Positions 1-13,302 of a stretch of 64,000 nt of DNA are shown here, piece after piece. The stretch lies in contig OZ024748.1 of NCBI GenBank assembly GCA_964016885.1, forward strand, positions 30,442,001 through 30,506,000. The letters run 5' to 3'. A program made the translations under genes and the position numbers. The notes under the pieces were generated by a model, which was given only the letters and a program-made list of their open reading frames with translations, was not told where the DNA came from and did not search any database. The DNA comes from Eledone cirrhosa. Its lineage: Eukaryota. Positions within the stretch are counted from its first letter, which is position 1. Each line of letters starts with the position of its first letter.

Positions 1-642
1 TTAAAGTAGAACAATCCTCTCAAAAGGAAGCTACCATGAAACATCCACCTTGTTTAAGGAACATAACAAAATCACAAGTAGTTAAAATATCTCCCAAGAT
101 CTCCCATGTTAAATCTGATCTTTCTCTGAAATCCTGGATTAAACCCTCGTCTATCAGAAAAGTTCCTGTCACGCCGTCTTCACGAACTGCATTTCCTCAG
201 CCATCCACTTCACTCCAGCTATCCAAAATTACACAGAAACCAGTTGTCACATCTTCTAAAAGTGCCAAATCTCCTCTAGTGCAATGTCATAGGTATAAAA
301 TAGTGAGAAAACCTGGCATTAAGAAACCAACAACACCACTGGTTAAAACTGTAAAGGTTGTTAGACAAAACAATGTTATGACACCGTTTAAGTTAATTAA
401 GAGCCAGTTGTTGTCTACAACACCTTCCAGTACAGTCAGCCTTCCACTGAGAAAGACGGGCTATTCTTATTTCTCTTCAAAGAGCCTCTTGCGTGCCAGG
501 GCTTTAAATCGAGGTGCTAATTCTGTGATTGCCAAGGACTACAAAAAGAGACTTGCTGCTTTGTTAATTGATTTTGGGAAAGTATCTTATCGTCCAAAGA
601 AATTAGCTTCCAGTAACTTATCGAAACAGAGGATTGCCTCTG
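1..642 (+). CDS. ZC3H3: ZC3H3 large basic low-complexity exon (starts upstream of window)
   Basis: Frame open from position 3 (KVEQSSQKEATMKHPP..RIAS); donor G|GTAAGT at 643, phase 1. Confidence 0.8.
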
Positions 643-3600
643 GTAAGTGTTTTCTCATCATTTTAAATCTGTTAGTTTCTTTAACTTCTTATGAATTATT
701 GAACAACTTTTGTTGTTTCTGTAGCAAATTTGATTATTGGAGGTAAGTTGCTACCCTCATGTGCCATTCCTACTTTCTCAACACAGACTGAAAAATAACT
801 GTTTCAAAGTCAAGGGAGAGGGTCCTTAAGGATAAATAAGGACCTTTGCTCTATTTTCAAAGGAACATTGGCTTATATATCTTTATTTTGCCAAAAAATA
901 TTTTCAAAGAATTGGAAGACCAAGCTGGCAAGATATTGTCTGTACTGTAATAACTGGGCTAGCGGGTTTAAAGTGTTAAAGATTTTCTATATAGTGTATA
1001 ATTAATTAGTTAATCATTATTTTCATCAATGCTGTAAATATAACTTCTAAGAAAAGTATATATATATATTACATTTATTTCTCCAGATAATTTATGGATC
1101 TCTTCCACAGAAACTGTTGTAATAGCAATATTCCTTCATACGTGGGACAGTTGTTTCTGATGAGGCCACAATAAACATTGAAATGCACAAAGAATAATCT
1201 TTGTTTTTTTTGCGTATGAAGGAATAGTTGATAGTATTTACACTTCATAGTCCATTCTTTTCACAGCTGAGACTTCTAATTAAAAAACTGTAATTATATC
1301 TACCTTTTATCCTAAATCTTCAATAACGTCCATGTTCCATGCTAGCATGGGTAGGACAAGTTGACCGTTAGGGAGAGAATCAGGTCAGAGGACCATGTTT
1401 AGTTCACCCGGTGCAGATTTTGGCTTGGTTTCTACAGCTGGATGCCCTTCCTAACGGCAACCACATTTACAGAGTGTACTGGGTGCTTTTTGTCGTGTCA
1501 CCTACACGACCACATTACAGTGTGGACTGTGCGCTTTTGTCTTGGTATTAGGGACGGAGGGGTGGGAAGCTTGGGGAAATTGCAAACATAGGTAATAGGT
1601 GGTCCGCAAAGGAGAAGGTGTTACCTATTAGATATATGCTTCAGCTCAAGCATATAGGAGGGCTGGTAGCATAAATATTTATTGCATTGAAAATTTTTGA
1701 TGATTTATTTTTGAATTTGCAGCATCTGTTTGTTGTACACCAAGTAAGAAGACTCTTGGAAAAACCAACATCCCACCAAAGTTCAAGTGAGTGAATTATT
1801 TTTTTTTAACTTACAATTTCGACTAATATGTTGGGGTGATTACAGAAGAATTTATTAAAGCAGTGGTACCCAGGAAAACTATGTACAATCACTGATTTGT
1901 AAAGCTTGATCAAATTCCAAACACTTAAATGGAACACGAGTTAGTCCATAGCAATGAATTGGTGGAATTATTTGAGTGTTAGACAGAATGCTGTGCAGTA
2001 TCTTTTCTGGACCTTGTGCATCCTTAGTTCAAATCTCACTATTTGTCACTAGAAAAATGAGGGTATGATGGGACTGGCATCATTAAAACACCCAAAACTT
2101 ATCCCAGTAGAGATACAACTTCATAGGAGGCTAGCTAAACCAACAACAATATGGGAGGCTAATTAAACCTGTGCAAGTGTGAGTTGTAAGAATAACGCCA
2201 CCACCACCACCAACAACAACAATATAGCAAGCATTCACAATTGCTATGTATAATTATCTTAATGGTTGTTGATTATTGGAATCTGACGTGTATTAGGAGG
2301 TTTAGACCTGAAATTTTAGTGTATGATGGGGGAAAATTTGGGGATCTGATGCTTATGTTAATATCAAATCGTTTAAATGGCTTTTAATATAACTGGGTAA
2401 AGATGTCCATAATTTATTTTATAGATTTCTCTTTTATTTGCGTTTGTCATTAACTTTGAATTGCTATTTGTATTTAATCATTATTTTTCATACTTGGTGA
2501 AAGGATGAAGATTGATCGACGTCGAAGACTATCTCGAAAGTACAATCCAGGTGTGCGGTTAAAGTCATCACCATTTTCTCTCAACAAGACACCTCTAAAA
2601 CTGAACACATATCGGAGTTCCTTTGCTGCTGTCAAACGTAAGAACCTTTTCTTTATGTGCTGTTGCTACAAAATACATCCAGTCAACTGTAAAGTGGTTG
2701 GTGAAGGAGATCCAAAACTGAAATGTAAAAGATATGGGCTGTTAACCTATAACTCAGCCGACTTATGCTAACATGGAAATCATCATTATCATTGTTTAAC
2801 GTCTGTTTTCCCTGCTATCAAGGGTTGAAACTAACGTCACAGACTGGTCAGCACTCACATAGAGTTACTGGCCTCCATGTCACACATCTTGCTTACATAC
2901 GTTTCCCTACTCTATTGATTGTTCCAATGGACCAGGGGCCTGACATAAGATTCTGCAATAGGGAGGTTGTTATGTCTTTGACACAACTGTAGTCCTCCCA
3001 ACTCTTTCAGGTTTTTTATGGCTGGATGCCTTTCCTATCACCAACCACTTATATTGAGTGCATTCTATCATGGCACCCACACTAGAGAGTTCGTTGTGCT
3101 TCTGACACAACTAGAGTCCCCTTGACCCTTTTGACATGGTTTCTACTAGAAAATGTCCATACTGTGGACATAGAAATGATAGTGGTGGTGGTGTAAGAAT
3201 TTTGTATTTTCTTTCTTTTGTTTGTTATTTTTCATCAGTCATATTCAACCCATATTAGATCTTCTATCTTACATGTTATCAATTACAGGTGCCAACTTCA
3301 GTAAATTTAACAGCCTGAAGACTATTACTGTACAAGGAGTGAAATTTCATGTGGAAGCAGGTGGAAAGACATTACATCGAATGGATACTAAATTGGGTTC
3401 AGGTAGGAATGTGTATTTTATTTTACTTTTAATTGTAAAATTGTTTAGTTACTCAACAACCTTTGTCTAGCAAGTATTGACTATTTTAGCTGTGAATTAA
3501 TGCCAGTAATGAGATAACCATCAAGGTTTTTTCAATAAATTGACACCACAATGTCTTAGAAAGAAATTTGATTGCATTTTTGTTTTTCATGTTGGTAATT

Positions 3601-6600
3601 TAAATTAGTTTTCAAAAGCTTATTTTCAAAGTATATGAATTTTTGTGGGAGCAGGATGAGTAAATTTAAAAAAATGAGTATTTTTTAATTGCAGATTCTG
3701 CTCGTCGCTTGATGGGAGTTCGAAAGCTGAACATTGGTGGTGTTGTGTATACCCAGACATCTGGTGGTATGTTGAAGAGAGTAGATAACCAAAAGGTTGT
3801 TATGGCTAAGTAAGTTTACTCTCACATTTCTTTTACAATTATATTAATTTATTGATAAGCTATATGAAATTTGAAATAATTGTTTATTTATTAATGATTA
3901 CAAAATTAAATTAGTTACATAATGTTACTTTTAATTAATTCATTGAGTTGCTGCATAGAAAAATAAAAATATATATATTTTTTAAATGAGGTCCCTGAGG
4001 ATGTGTAGCCCTAAGCTATAGCTTATTTAGCTTATAGGTAAGCCCAGCACTGTTGATAAGAGGGCTGTATAAATTTCAATCTTGTTTTTTTTAACCTTTC
4101 CGTTCGTGTATTTCTAACTAGAACAGTGTTTTAACCCTTAGCATCTTGTAATGATTTAGTAGAAAATATATAAAAGGTTTGTTAATTCAAATCTTAATAG
4201 TATCTTTACTAATGGACAAATCATTGTAAACATTTGCAGTAATAGATTGAAAACTTACTTTTTTATGTAATTCAGTCATAAGTATTATTTTTTGTACTTT
4301 TTGAGAATGTTTTGCTAATGCAGTTTCATGTAAGAGTTAATTCTAAATTAGGGAACTACATTCCCTATTGTAGTTTCAGTCATATAGTTACTTGAAATGT
4401 TGCCACTGCAGCTATCAAACTAAGCATTCATCATCATCATCATCATATGTCCATTTAAACAATAGTGATTGCTTATAATGTTTACATAAACCTTAACTAT
4501 AACCCCTGTTGTTATTTCAGTCGGGTAGTGACTCGAAGTATTGCTACTGCTGCAGCCAAACTACGCAAAGTTTACACCAAGCCAGCACAAAAGCCATGTT
4601 TGTTTTATAACAGATTTGGAAAGTGTAACAAGGGCAACAAGTGTCCCTATATTCATGACCCAAAGAAAATAGCCGTCTGTTATCGGTAAGTGCCTTTCAT
4701 AATCATAGTTTTCATTTCTTGTTTCTTTTCCATGCTAGCATGGCGTGGAGAAGACCTTTTCCAGGTTATAGTCTATGAATGCCTTTCTTGACACAAACTT
4801 CTGGGTTTTTTTGTTTTTAAGTAAGGCACTGGTCTCTGCTTATGAAACTGCTGAGCTGTTGAATAAGCAAAGGCAAGCTCATGTACACACACACACACAT
4901 AGACAGGCTTCCACACAGTTTCCATCAACTAATATCACTCAAGGCATTACTTGGTCCAAGGCTATAGAAGATATTTGTTTTAGGTGGCACACAATGAGAG
5001 TGAACCTCTTAACCACACAGCCATGTCTGTGCCTACGTTTGTGTGGATGGGGTTTCTCTGTGGGTAGGCACAGGCATGTCCAAATAGTTTTCTTTGCAAT
5101 CATGAAGTCTTAATTCCAATCCCACTAGGTGTCTTCTGATACAGCGTGTAGTTGAACAGAGCTTTGGGGACTAAATTAGGTTGAGGTAGTTAATGATTTT
5201 AATGTGTGGTTAACTCTCTTGATCAAAGTGGAATACTCATCATGTGACTGATGGAAGATCTATTTACATGTCTGTTATTGATTATCTTCTAATACAGTGA
5301 TTCCCAACCTTTTCACTACCAACAACCCATTTTTATATAGATTTTCTCACAGTCAACCTCTACAATCCCCTCCCAGATTGCTATATAGTGACAATAACAA
5401 TCAGAAGAGAGATTTTTAGATCTGGAGAAGAATGGATTCCTAATAGAATGTGTGTATTATGTTTTCAAAGAAAGTACTCGAAATTTTGAACTTAAGCTTG
5501 TAGATCTCCAGTTTTTCTTTTGCAGGCTTCCAATATATTGTAGTATATTGCATTCTTTATTTAATCAATTTAAACGTCCGTATAGAGCTAGTAAGCCATG
5601 ATAGACTAGAAGTATCTAGTACTTTTTACAATTGAGAAAAAAAAAAAGATATACAGAGATAAATGAATATAAAATTTAAAAATCTAAAGGTCAGCGGGAG
5701 GCAAAATATGCATAAAAAAAGTTCTGGTTCTAATATATCACATTCTTCTTTTTTCATCAGAATGATTCGAGGAGGCTGTAAAGTGGAAAATTGTCCATTC
5801 TACCATCAACTTTCTAAGGAGAAGATGCCAAGCTGTTCGTATTTCCTAAAAGGTCAATGCAACAGAGAGAACTGTATCTATCCACATGTTAAGGTCAATA
5901 AAAATGCCATTATCTGTGAAGACTTCCTCAGTGGCTATTGTAGTTTAGGAGAGAAGGTAAGTATCTCGAGTTACCTCCCTTACACGTTACTGATCTCTGT
6001 GAATCTGGTTGGTATCAATGAGCTTGTAAGTATGGTTGAGCTAGAGGGTAAAAGAAATTAAAAGCAGCTTTGGGGTGGTATGATTGATACCTTTTCTTAA
6101 ATCTTTAGGGTTGTGTGTTAGAGGTGATGATTTTTAGCTGAAGAAAATTAGGCAATTATACTAACCTAACTGTTCTATTGACTTAGGGCCATAACCTTTT
6201 TGTAACTAACCCACCTGAATCCGTTTCTAGTTTTATGATACAAAATTGCTTGTTTTAATGGGTTCTATTTAAATTAAAGTCTTCTATCATAATTTTCTAT
6301 AAAAACATTTGGCAAATTATGTTCCGAACAGGTTAAGATAAAAAGTTATATTACTTAATCCCTCCAAATTCTTTATTTTTCAAAATTATTTAAAAAATTA
6401 AAGGTAGTGTCTTTCATTAGAAATATGGTAATGAAAGGGTTAATGGTTATGTTATTTCAGCAACAAACTATATTGCTCTCTACTCTTATCGATTTAATGT
6501 CTATATTTATGAAATCTAAATATTGTAGATAACAGATTGTAAATAATTGTGTATGTCACACTCAACATTTACTATGTACCACATATTTTTGAGGTTTTGT

Positions 6601-9600
6601 AGGGCCAGTAGATAAGTTGCAGCTTGGTTTTCTAATTCATATTTTCGGGGGGAAAGGTGCCAACTTGTACACAAGTATTTACAGTATATTGTGGAATGGT
6701 TGGTTGCGTTGTGCTGTATGACAATCAAATTGATAGGAACAAGGGAAATTTGATTTATTACAGATGACTTGTAACTCAATGGATATTTGAACTTTAAAAT
6801 AATAAAGGGACAAAAATATTTAGTTGTTTCTTTGTGAAATTATGTGTGCATGTTTTCCTGGAAGTTATTAATCAAATGGTTAATAAAATTGTTCTTAAGT
6901 TTTATTTTATGTGGAAATATTTGTTAAACTATGTTCTAAACACCCGTTAAGTGACAAGAACGTTAGATACATATCGTTCCTTTCTTTATTATTAAAAATA
7001 TATATACTGCTTTTCCCTAGAAATAAAGTAAAGAAAGATTTAACATTACATCAGTTTTTGCCTCCTCCAGTTTATAAACCATGGTTCTATTACTCTGTAG
7101 GCTATCTCAATGCTATTGTTCTTTGCTTACTGCAGTGAAGTGAGGTTCTGAAGCTTATTCCAGTTTTCAGAGCATCAAGTTGTAGAAACATACCAACGTG
7201 TATAAGTTAGACATGGTCATCTGACCTGTTTCCTCTCAGAATGTGACCTGTTCAACCCATCCCAGCATGCAAAATTTACAGAAAACAATGTTAATTTGGC
7301 AATTAAGAAGATTATTTTCTATGTAAAGGACTACAAGTGATGCAGCTTTCCCTAAGATAACCAAATACCCATTAATTATACAGTACTGAACTCTGTATAC
7401 CTGTGCTATCTATTTTACAGCTGGTAAATGACTGGGTCATTGAAAGATACACAAAACAACACTAGTTCCACAATATATAATAATATTTCTATATGGTATG
7501 TCAGGTGGCAAATTGGCAGGGTCATGAGAATGGTTTGTGGTTTTTGTTCCAGCTTTCTGCACTTTCTGATTTCAAATCCTGCCAAGATCAATTTTGCTTT
7601 TCATCCTTTCAGGGTAAATGGAAAAAAAAAGTACCATTCCAGTACTAGAATTGATTCTTTCTCTATATCTCTTTCTTACTTTCTCTCTCTACTTCCCTGG
7701 AAGGAATCAGCAGTGTTCAGACCTGGAGGGGAGATAGGTTCTGCCAGGTTTAAAATTGTGAGATTTTGATTAAACAGCTATGTCTCAATCTGTTAACAAT
7801 CAAGTCTCCTCACCACCATTACCATTTAATGTGAGTTTTTGAACTACTTGAATTCTGTTTGATGTTTCAGTGTACTCGGAAGCATTCCCTTGTTTGCCAG
7901 AAATTCCGTGAGAACCAGGTTTGTAGTCACCATGCCTGTAAGTTCAATAGCCGCAAGAAGATCTCCAAAGGTAGCTCTGAAAAAACCAAAACTGTTGGAG
8001 TGAAGAGGAAGAGAACGTAAGTTGATACACTTATTTTATTGAGCCTGGTTTCGACAGCAAAGTGGGCTTTTTTTCTTCTTTTTACTACTATAATTTAATT
8101 AGTCTTTCCATTTGGCATTATTGGTAGAGCGTCAGTCATGTTTTATAGCAGAGGTTCTCAAACTTTTGGGCCACTGTTATATAACTGTTGTGAGAGTGTA
8201 TAGTAATTGTTACATAACTCGTCTATGTATGTAAATGTGTTATATATTACCTTTATTAATGCAGTTACTCTACTGTAACTATTACACAAAATGCTCACCA
8301 CCACCACCACCAATTTTCCCCAACTGCCAGGTGAAGCATTTTATGCTTTATGGAAAAAATATTTTAAGTTGATGGCTATTATGCAGCAAGATTTTAAAGC
8401 CACTGCATGGCAACATTTGGATGTGGTACCAATACATTGACTGCACAACTAAGATGTAATGTTGGTTGTGTTGTGTATAGTATGTACCTGGGGCAAGGAT
8501 CATGTTCTAGTAGTATTGTTGTCATTCAAATATAATTATGTAATTGTGGCTAGGGTCGTATTGCTGTTCTATTGTCGGATAATTGTAATAGTTATGTAAC
8601 TGTGACTAGGGTCGTGTTGCTGTTCTATTGTCGTGTAATTGTAATACTTGCGTAACTGTGACTAGTGTTGTGTTACATTGATTGTGTGTGTAGTATGTAA
8701 CAGTCTATATGTTGTAGTAGCAGTCCTGTTGTCATGCAAATGCTTTTGGCTTTGTTGTAAATATTTCAGGAATTCCAAGTGTTCAACATCAGTGAAATGT
8801 CTGGCAAAGAAAAGCTCCACAGGACAATTGGCCAGTCTATCTTTTATCTCGTTGGTCAACTCCTCTGATGATTCCTTCATGGACTCTTCAATTACTTCCA
8901 ATAACCAAATCAAATCACCCAGTAAGACTCCATCTCTCTCTCACTTTTTTCTTTTTTTTCAAGCATGCTACTGGTGCCACAATACACTTGGCCCACCCTG
9001 TAAAGTGATAGTGCTGGTACCCCGATAAAATACATCCAATCTGCTCTGTAAAGTGGTTGGGTTGGTGCCACAATAAAATACACTCAGCCCACCTTGTAAA
9101 GTGATAGTGTTGGTACTTCAAAACGATGCTCTCAATATACTCTGTAAGGATGTTGGCATTAGGAAGAGCATCCAGACAAAAACCGTACCAAATATGAAAG
9201 ATATGAGAAAGATTAGGTTGTTCTGACCCCTCTGAACTCAAACTTGTGACAACCCATCGAACCCATGTCAGTGTGAAAAGTGGACATAAAATGATGTGTG
9301 TTGGACTTTTGTTGATTCCAATCACAAGTGTTCGATCAATGGAACTGCCTGTGAAATTAAGACAAGTGTCTGAGTATTTCACCCATAACATAATTTCTCT
9401 GAGATTTAGCATGACACTTTGTAACAAGGATATCCCTTTGAATTATAGGTACAACTCGTTTTCTTTTTCCAGCTGAGTGGACTGGAGCAACATGAAGTGA
9501 AGTGTCTTGCTCAAGGTCACACTGCACAGCTGGGAATTGAAGTCACATCCTTAATGATAGTAATCCCAATACCTTAACTACTAAACCACTTACCTTCACA

Positions 9601-9667
9601 CATACGTTATGATTAATTTTATCATTTACTTTTAGAAGAGACTCTTCGTATCAAACCACGTCTCTGA
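1..9667 (+). CDS. ZC3H3: Zinc finger CCCH domain-containing protein 3 (5'-partial); join(<1..642,1723..1786,2504..2637,3289..3402,3695..3809,4521..4685,5761..5956,7871..8016,8770..8921,9636..9667)
   Basis: All introns are GT-AG and phase-consistent (1,2,1,1,2,2,0,2,1). The spliced product has tandem CCCH fingers CLFYNRFGKCNKGNKCPYIHDPKKIAVCYR..KEKMPSCSYFLKGQC..CEDFLSGYCSLGEKCTRKH, the LxSxSFISL motif and C-terminal LRIKPRL*, matching ZC3H3 (human ends LHIKPRL). Confidence 0.93.
1723..1786 (+). CDS. ZC3H3: ZC3H3 coding exon
   Basis: ttgcag|..SVCCTPSKKTLGKTNIPPKF..|gtgagt; phase 1 in, 2 out, bridging the neighbouring exons. Confidence 0.7.
2504..2637 (+). CDS. ZC3H3: ZC3H3 coding exon
   Basis: aag|G..MKIDRRRRLSRKYNP..SFAAVK|gtaaga; phase 2 in, 1 out. 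Confidence 0.75.
3289..3402 (+). CDS. ZC3H3: ZC3H3 coding exon
   Basis: ttacag|..ITVQGVKFHVEAGGKTLHRM..|gtagga; phase 1/1. Confidence 0.85.
3695..3809 (+). CDS. ZC3H3: ZC3H3 coding exon
   Basis: ttgcag|..RKLNIGGVVYTQTSGGMLKR..|gtaagt; resembles the conserved pre-finger IGGVxYxQxSxGxLxR segment. Confidence 0.85.
4521..4685 (+). CDS. ZC3H3: ZC3H3 coding exon, CCCH finger 1
   Basis: tttcag|..RSIATAAAKL..CLFYNRFGKCNKGNKCPYIHDPKKIAVCY|gtaagt. Confidence 0.95.
5761..5956 (+). CDS. ZC3H3: ZC3H3 coding exon, CCCH fingers 2-4
   Basis: catcag|..MIRGGCKVENCPFYH..CSYFLKGQCNRENCIYPH..CEDFLSGYCSLGEK|gtaagt. Confidence 0.95.
6192..6443. mobile_element. MITE with TAACC(C/T)TTT / AAAGGGTTAA ends (piggyBac-like TTAA ends)
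   Basis: Imperfect terminal inverted repeats; related sequence around 52330-52760 interrupted by a SINE. Confidence 0.5.
7871..8016 (+). CDS. ZC3H3: ZC3H3 coding exon, end of finger 4 and degenerate finger 5
   Basis: tttcag|CTRKHSLVCQKFRENQVCSHHACKFNSRKK..KRKR|gtaagt; not in the ORF track. Confidence 0.9.
8770..8921 (+). CDS. ZC3H3: ZC3H3 coding exon
   Basis: tttcag|..QLASLSFISLVNSS..KSP|gtaaga; contains the SFISL motif. Confidence 0.85.
9636..9667 (+). CDS. ZC3H3: ZC3H3 last coding exon
   Basis: ttttag|..KETLRIKPRL TGA; conserved ZC3H3 C-terminus. Confidence 0.9.
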
Positions 9668-12046
9668 ATCTAACCGTAACTCTGCAGGTAATTATTATTT
9701 TATTTTCAATCTTTGATCTCAATGTTTAGATTTGGAAAAAATTGCTTGAACCTTAAACTTAAATCTTTCATAACTGTATCTCTAATGAAATGCACTCTAT
9801 TTCAATTAATTAATGGAGAATTAACATATGTTTCTCATATAAAATTGTGTTAGAAGATTTTGATTTAAATACCCTGTGGTTTTGTATCATGGAACAGACC
9901 GTGTTAGTATCAAAAGGATGCCAAAGGATTACAAAGATGCCAAACAATCTATAATTCCATTTGTATATTGTTTACAAATGTTTTACAAGCTGTGTTAAAC
10001 TTTTTATTATTCTTCATATCAGCAAGTTGCTGAATATTTTTCTTGTGTTGATATAATATTTTTCTTGTTTAGAAAGAGGCATATGGCAAACCAATTATTC
10101 TGATTTTAACTTTTCTTAGGAGTTTTATGTACCCCACAATCATTGTATTTTAACTTAAAACTTAACGTCCAGAGTTATGTGAAACCTCATTAGCAAGACA
10201 TTCTTGGAAAGTACAAAACAGCATGATGAGTGAATCACATTAAAAAGATACGATAGTCTTTAGTTTAGTTTACTGCAAATGTTTACAACACTATCTCCAC
10301 TAGAAAAAGTACTATAAAGATTTGAATTAACAAATTTGCTTTTAGATATTTTCTGCTAAATCATAAAATATTAAGAGATGTCTTTTTTTTGTGTGTAGGT
10401 CTAAAACAATGCCATGGTTATATAGTACATCTTTGATTTTACAGTAAATCATGTTGCCATATAGACAGTGCACTTTATTTTTATACAACAAAACTGTTTT
10501 TCTTATATTTAAATATATTTGAAGCAGAATGTATATACTGAAAAGTTAATTGCTGTAAGTTTTTTAATTTTTGTTAGCTTTTTTTTTTTTTTTTTTTTTT
10601 TTGTGAATATTTTTGTTTTGGCTGAAATAACTCATGATTCATTTTTAAAGTTTCACTTTTCATTAATTTTAGAATATTTATGTTAATTCGTGTGTGGAAA
10701 AAAAAGAAATGAAATTTTGTATTGAATTTTATTTTCAACCACACTTGCTGTGGACGTTTTCTTTTTTTCTTTTCTTTCTCAGCGCTGTAAAACCACTTAG
10801 TCTTCAGGTGAATTCTTGAAACCCCTGGGAGAATGTTGGTGTGTTTTAATGCCTGCTAAAATTGGACTTCCTGGTTTGTACCTTGCTCTTCCACCTGGAA
10901 GCATTTTCTTTATTTAACCTTCCTTCTTCCACCAAGCACTTTTCAGCATCTACTTTCATATCCTTTTTTTTTCACCTATTTCGTTAGTTTTAATTATTTC
11001 TAGTTTTAATATTTTTCTGTTTATGATAGGATCTGACTTAATTTTAAAGTGAAGTTTTTTACAAGGCCATGTTAGTTTTTATTGTATAACCTTTCATATC
11101 CATATTTATAATGAAATACACTGTTCCAATGAATTGAGAATTTTGAGGGATTTATTAAAATTCATTCTTTCATTATACTAAGATAGTAACATAACAGATG
11201 GTTCTAATATAAAAGCTGATGGGTTAATTTATATTTTTTTTCATTGTTACTCATTCTATCTATACTTCTTTTCTCTCCCCCTTTTTCTCTTTATTTCCCC
11301 CTCTTGCTATTTATCCCTCTCTCCATCAATATCACTCACTCGTCTCTCTCAATCCCTCCCCCTCTATCTATCTCTGTCACTTCTCTCTTCTAGTCTCTCC
11401 TCTTTTTATAGTTTTATTGTTTCTTAGTTTCTCATTGTTTCATATTCAACTTTTATTTTTCTTGGAAATCATGGATCCAATCAACTTTCCATGTCCACAC
11501 ACACACTATTTTCTATTTTTCTTTATTGATCAACCCTATCATTTATTTATTGAGTCTCTTGTTTAATGTGATTAACAACAAAATTAACTTGATGCCAAAA
11601 TAATGCCATTTTGAGGGAAAATCTCCCTTACACAAATTAAGATCAAACAAGACAAAAATATTTTTAAAAAAGTAAATTAAAATACAAACACACAAAAAAG
11701 CAACTAATAATGAATGCAATTTCTTTGACTTGGAAACCTTTCTGTAATTTACTACAAATTTAAAAAAGAAATGGATAAAAAAAAGATTCAATACCAAAAC
11801 AAAACTAAAAAAAGTCAAAATACAGATTAAATAAAGATTAAGATCAAATATATTTGGGTGATAATTTATGCAAAAATCAAAAAGAAAAAAAAAATTGGAA
11901 ATGTTTAAAGATTTGGAAAAAAATTCCAAAAATGTATTGAGTTTGAAAATAAAATAAAATTGAAAATAAATATTTTTGTTTTTATTTCCCCTGTAGCTTT
12001 CTCAATTTTGTCACAGCTTTAAGGAAGGTGTATACTATATATAAAA

Positions 12047-12079
12047 AAGATGCTGATATTACATAAATATCAGCATCTT
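12047..12079. repeat. Perfect 14-bp hairpin, 5-nt loop
   Basis: aagatgctgatatt-acata-aatatcagcatctt. Confidence 0.9.
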
Positions 12080-13029
12080 CTTTAATGTTATTCTTTTACT
12101 GAATCTTCATTGTAACTACACATTACGAATCTAGAGAGCTTTCTCCTGCTTACTCCTGTTTTTTTTATCAAAACAACTTTTACTGAAAACATATAGTTGC
12201 AGTGGCAGATATGTGTTGGTTCAGTTGTTTAGGACATGACAATAGCCATAGTGCTGGGGGCCATGATAAAATGTACCCAGCACACTCTGTAAAGTGGTAG
12301 GTGTTAGGAAAGCCATTCAGTTATAGAATTCATGCTAATGAAAGGGTTGAAAGGACTTTTCTGTTGTCAATGACATAACCTCCCTAAAGTTGGTGCCATG
12401 ATAAAATGCACCCAGTACAGTTTATAAAATGCTTGGTTTTATGAAGGGTATCAAGCTATAAAATCCAAACAAAGGGCTGGGTGAACTCTTCAGTTGTGTC
12501 AGTAACATGCTAATTTTCCTAGTGCTGGTACCATGATAAAGCACCCAGTATACTGTAAAGGGAAGGGCATCCAGCTACAGAAGCCATGCCATAATGAATG
12601 TATTCAAGACAAGCCCCCACCCCCATCTTAATTTCCTGTTATATTTTTTATGTTCAATTTCTGTTCATAAAAATTGCTAATTAGTAAAACTCCTGTTTTG
12701 TAACCATATATTTAATGAATTACATTGGCTGTGTATTTCAATTAATTTTGATGATTGATTGTTTTGCTTGCAGCTCATACTGTCATATTTTATTTTTCAT
12801 CCATCTCATTGAATGAATATCTTGTACAAGACATCCATCTTAAGCTGACAGTACACTCCATTGTTTGAAATAATCCTCTAGATAACAAGTTAATGATGGG
12901 TCAAGCTGTACTAAAAGTTGCTTTAACATTTTTTAGTGGTTGCCTCTGGTCATGTGATGTTACAGTGTAAATTGGGGCAGTTAGTGGGGATCTAATTCTG
13001 TTCATATTGTTCTAAAAGGGACCCTGGTC

Positions 13030-13260
13030 TGCAGATGGTATTGCAATGGCCTGTACAGAGGTTGAAGAGAAAACAAACCTGGCAAACACCACATGTATTC
13101 CTTAAGACCTAAAAACAAAATCAACACCTTACTCTGCTATAATACAATTGGAAACTCAAAAGTAGAGAAATTGACAATATCTCAATAAAATGGAGTATTA
13201 TTGAAAAAGCCATGCCAGTGCTCACTATGCACTGCAGAGAAATATATATTATTGACAAGT
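13030..13260 (+). mobile_element. Penelope-like GIY-YIG endonuclease relic
   Basis: WKLKSREIDNISIKWSIIEKAMP / CSLCTAEKYI matches the Penelope endonuclease C-terminal pattern. Confidence 0.78.
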
Positions 13261-13302
13261 GATATATTCCTTAAAACCAAAATATAGAATCAACTAAACC
13301 TT

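Noticed and set aside
11543-11929. 128-aa hydrophobic ORF
   Set aside because: Antisense reading of an A-rich low-complexity tract, probably ZC3H3 3'UTR or flank.
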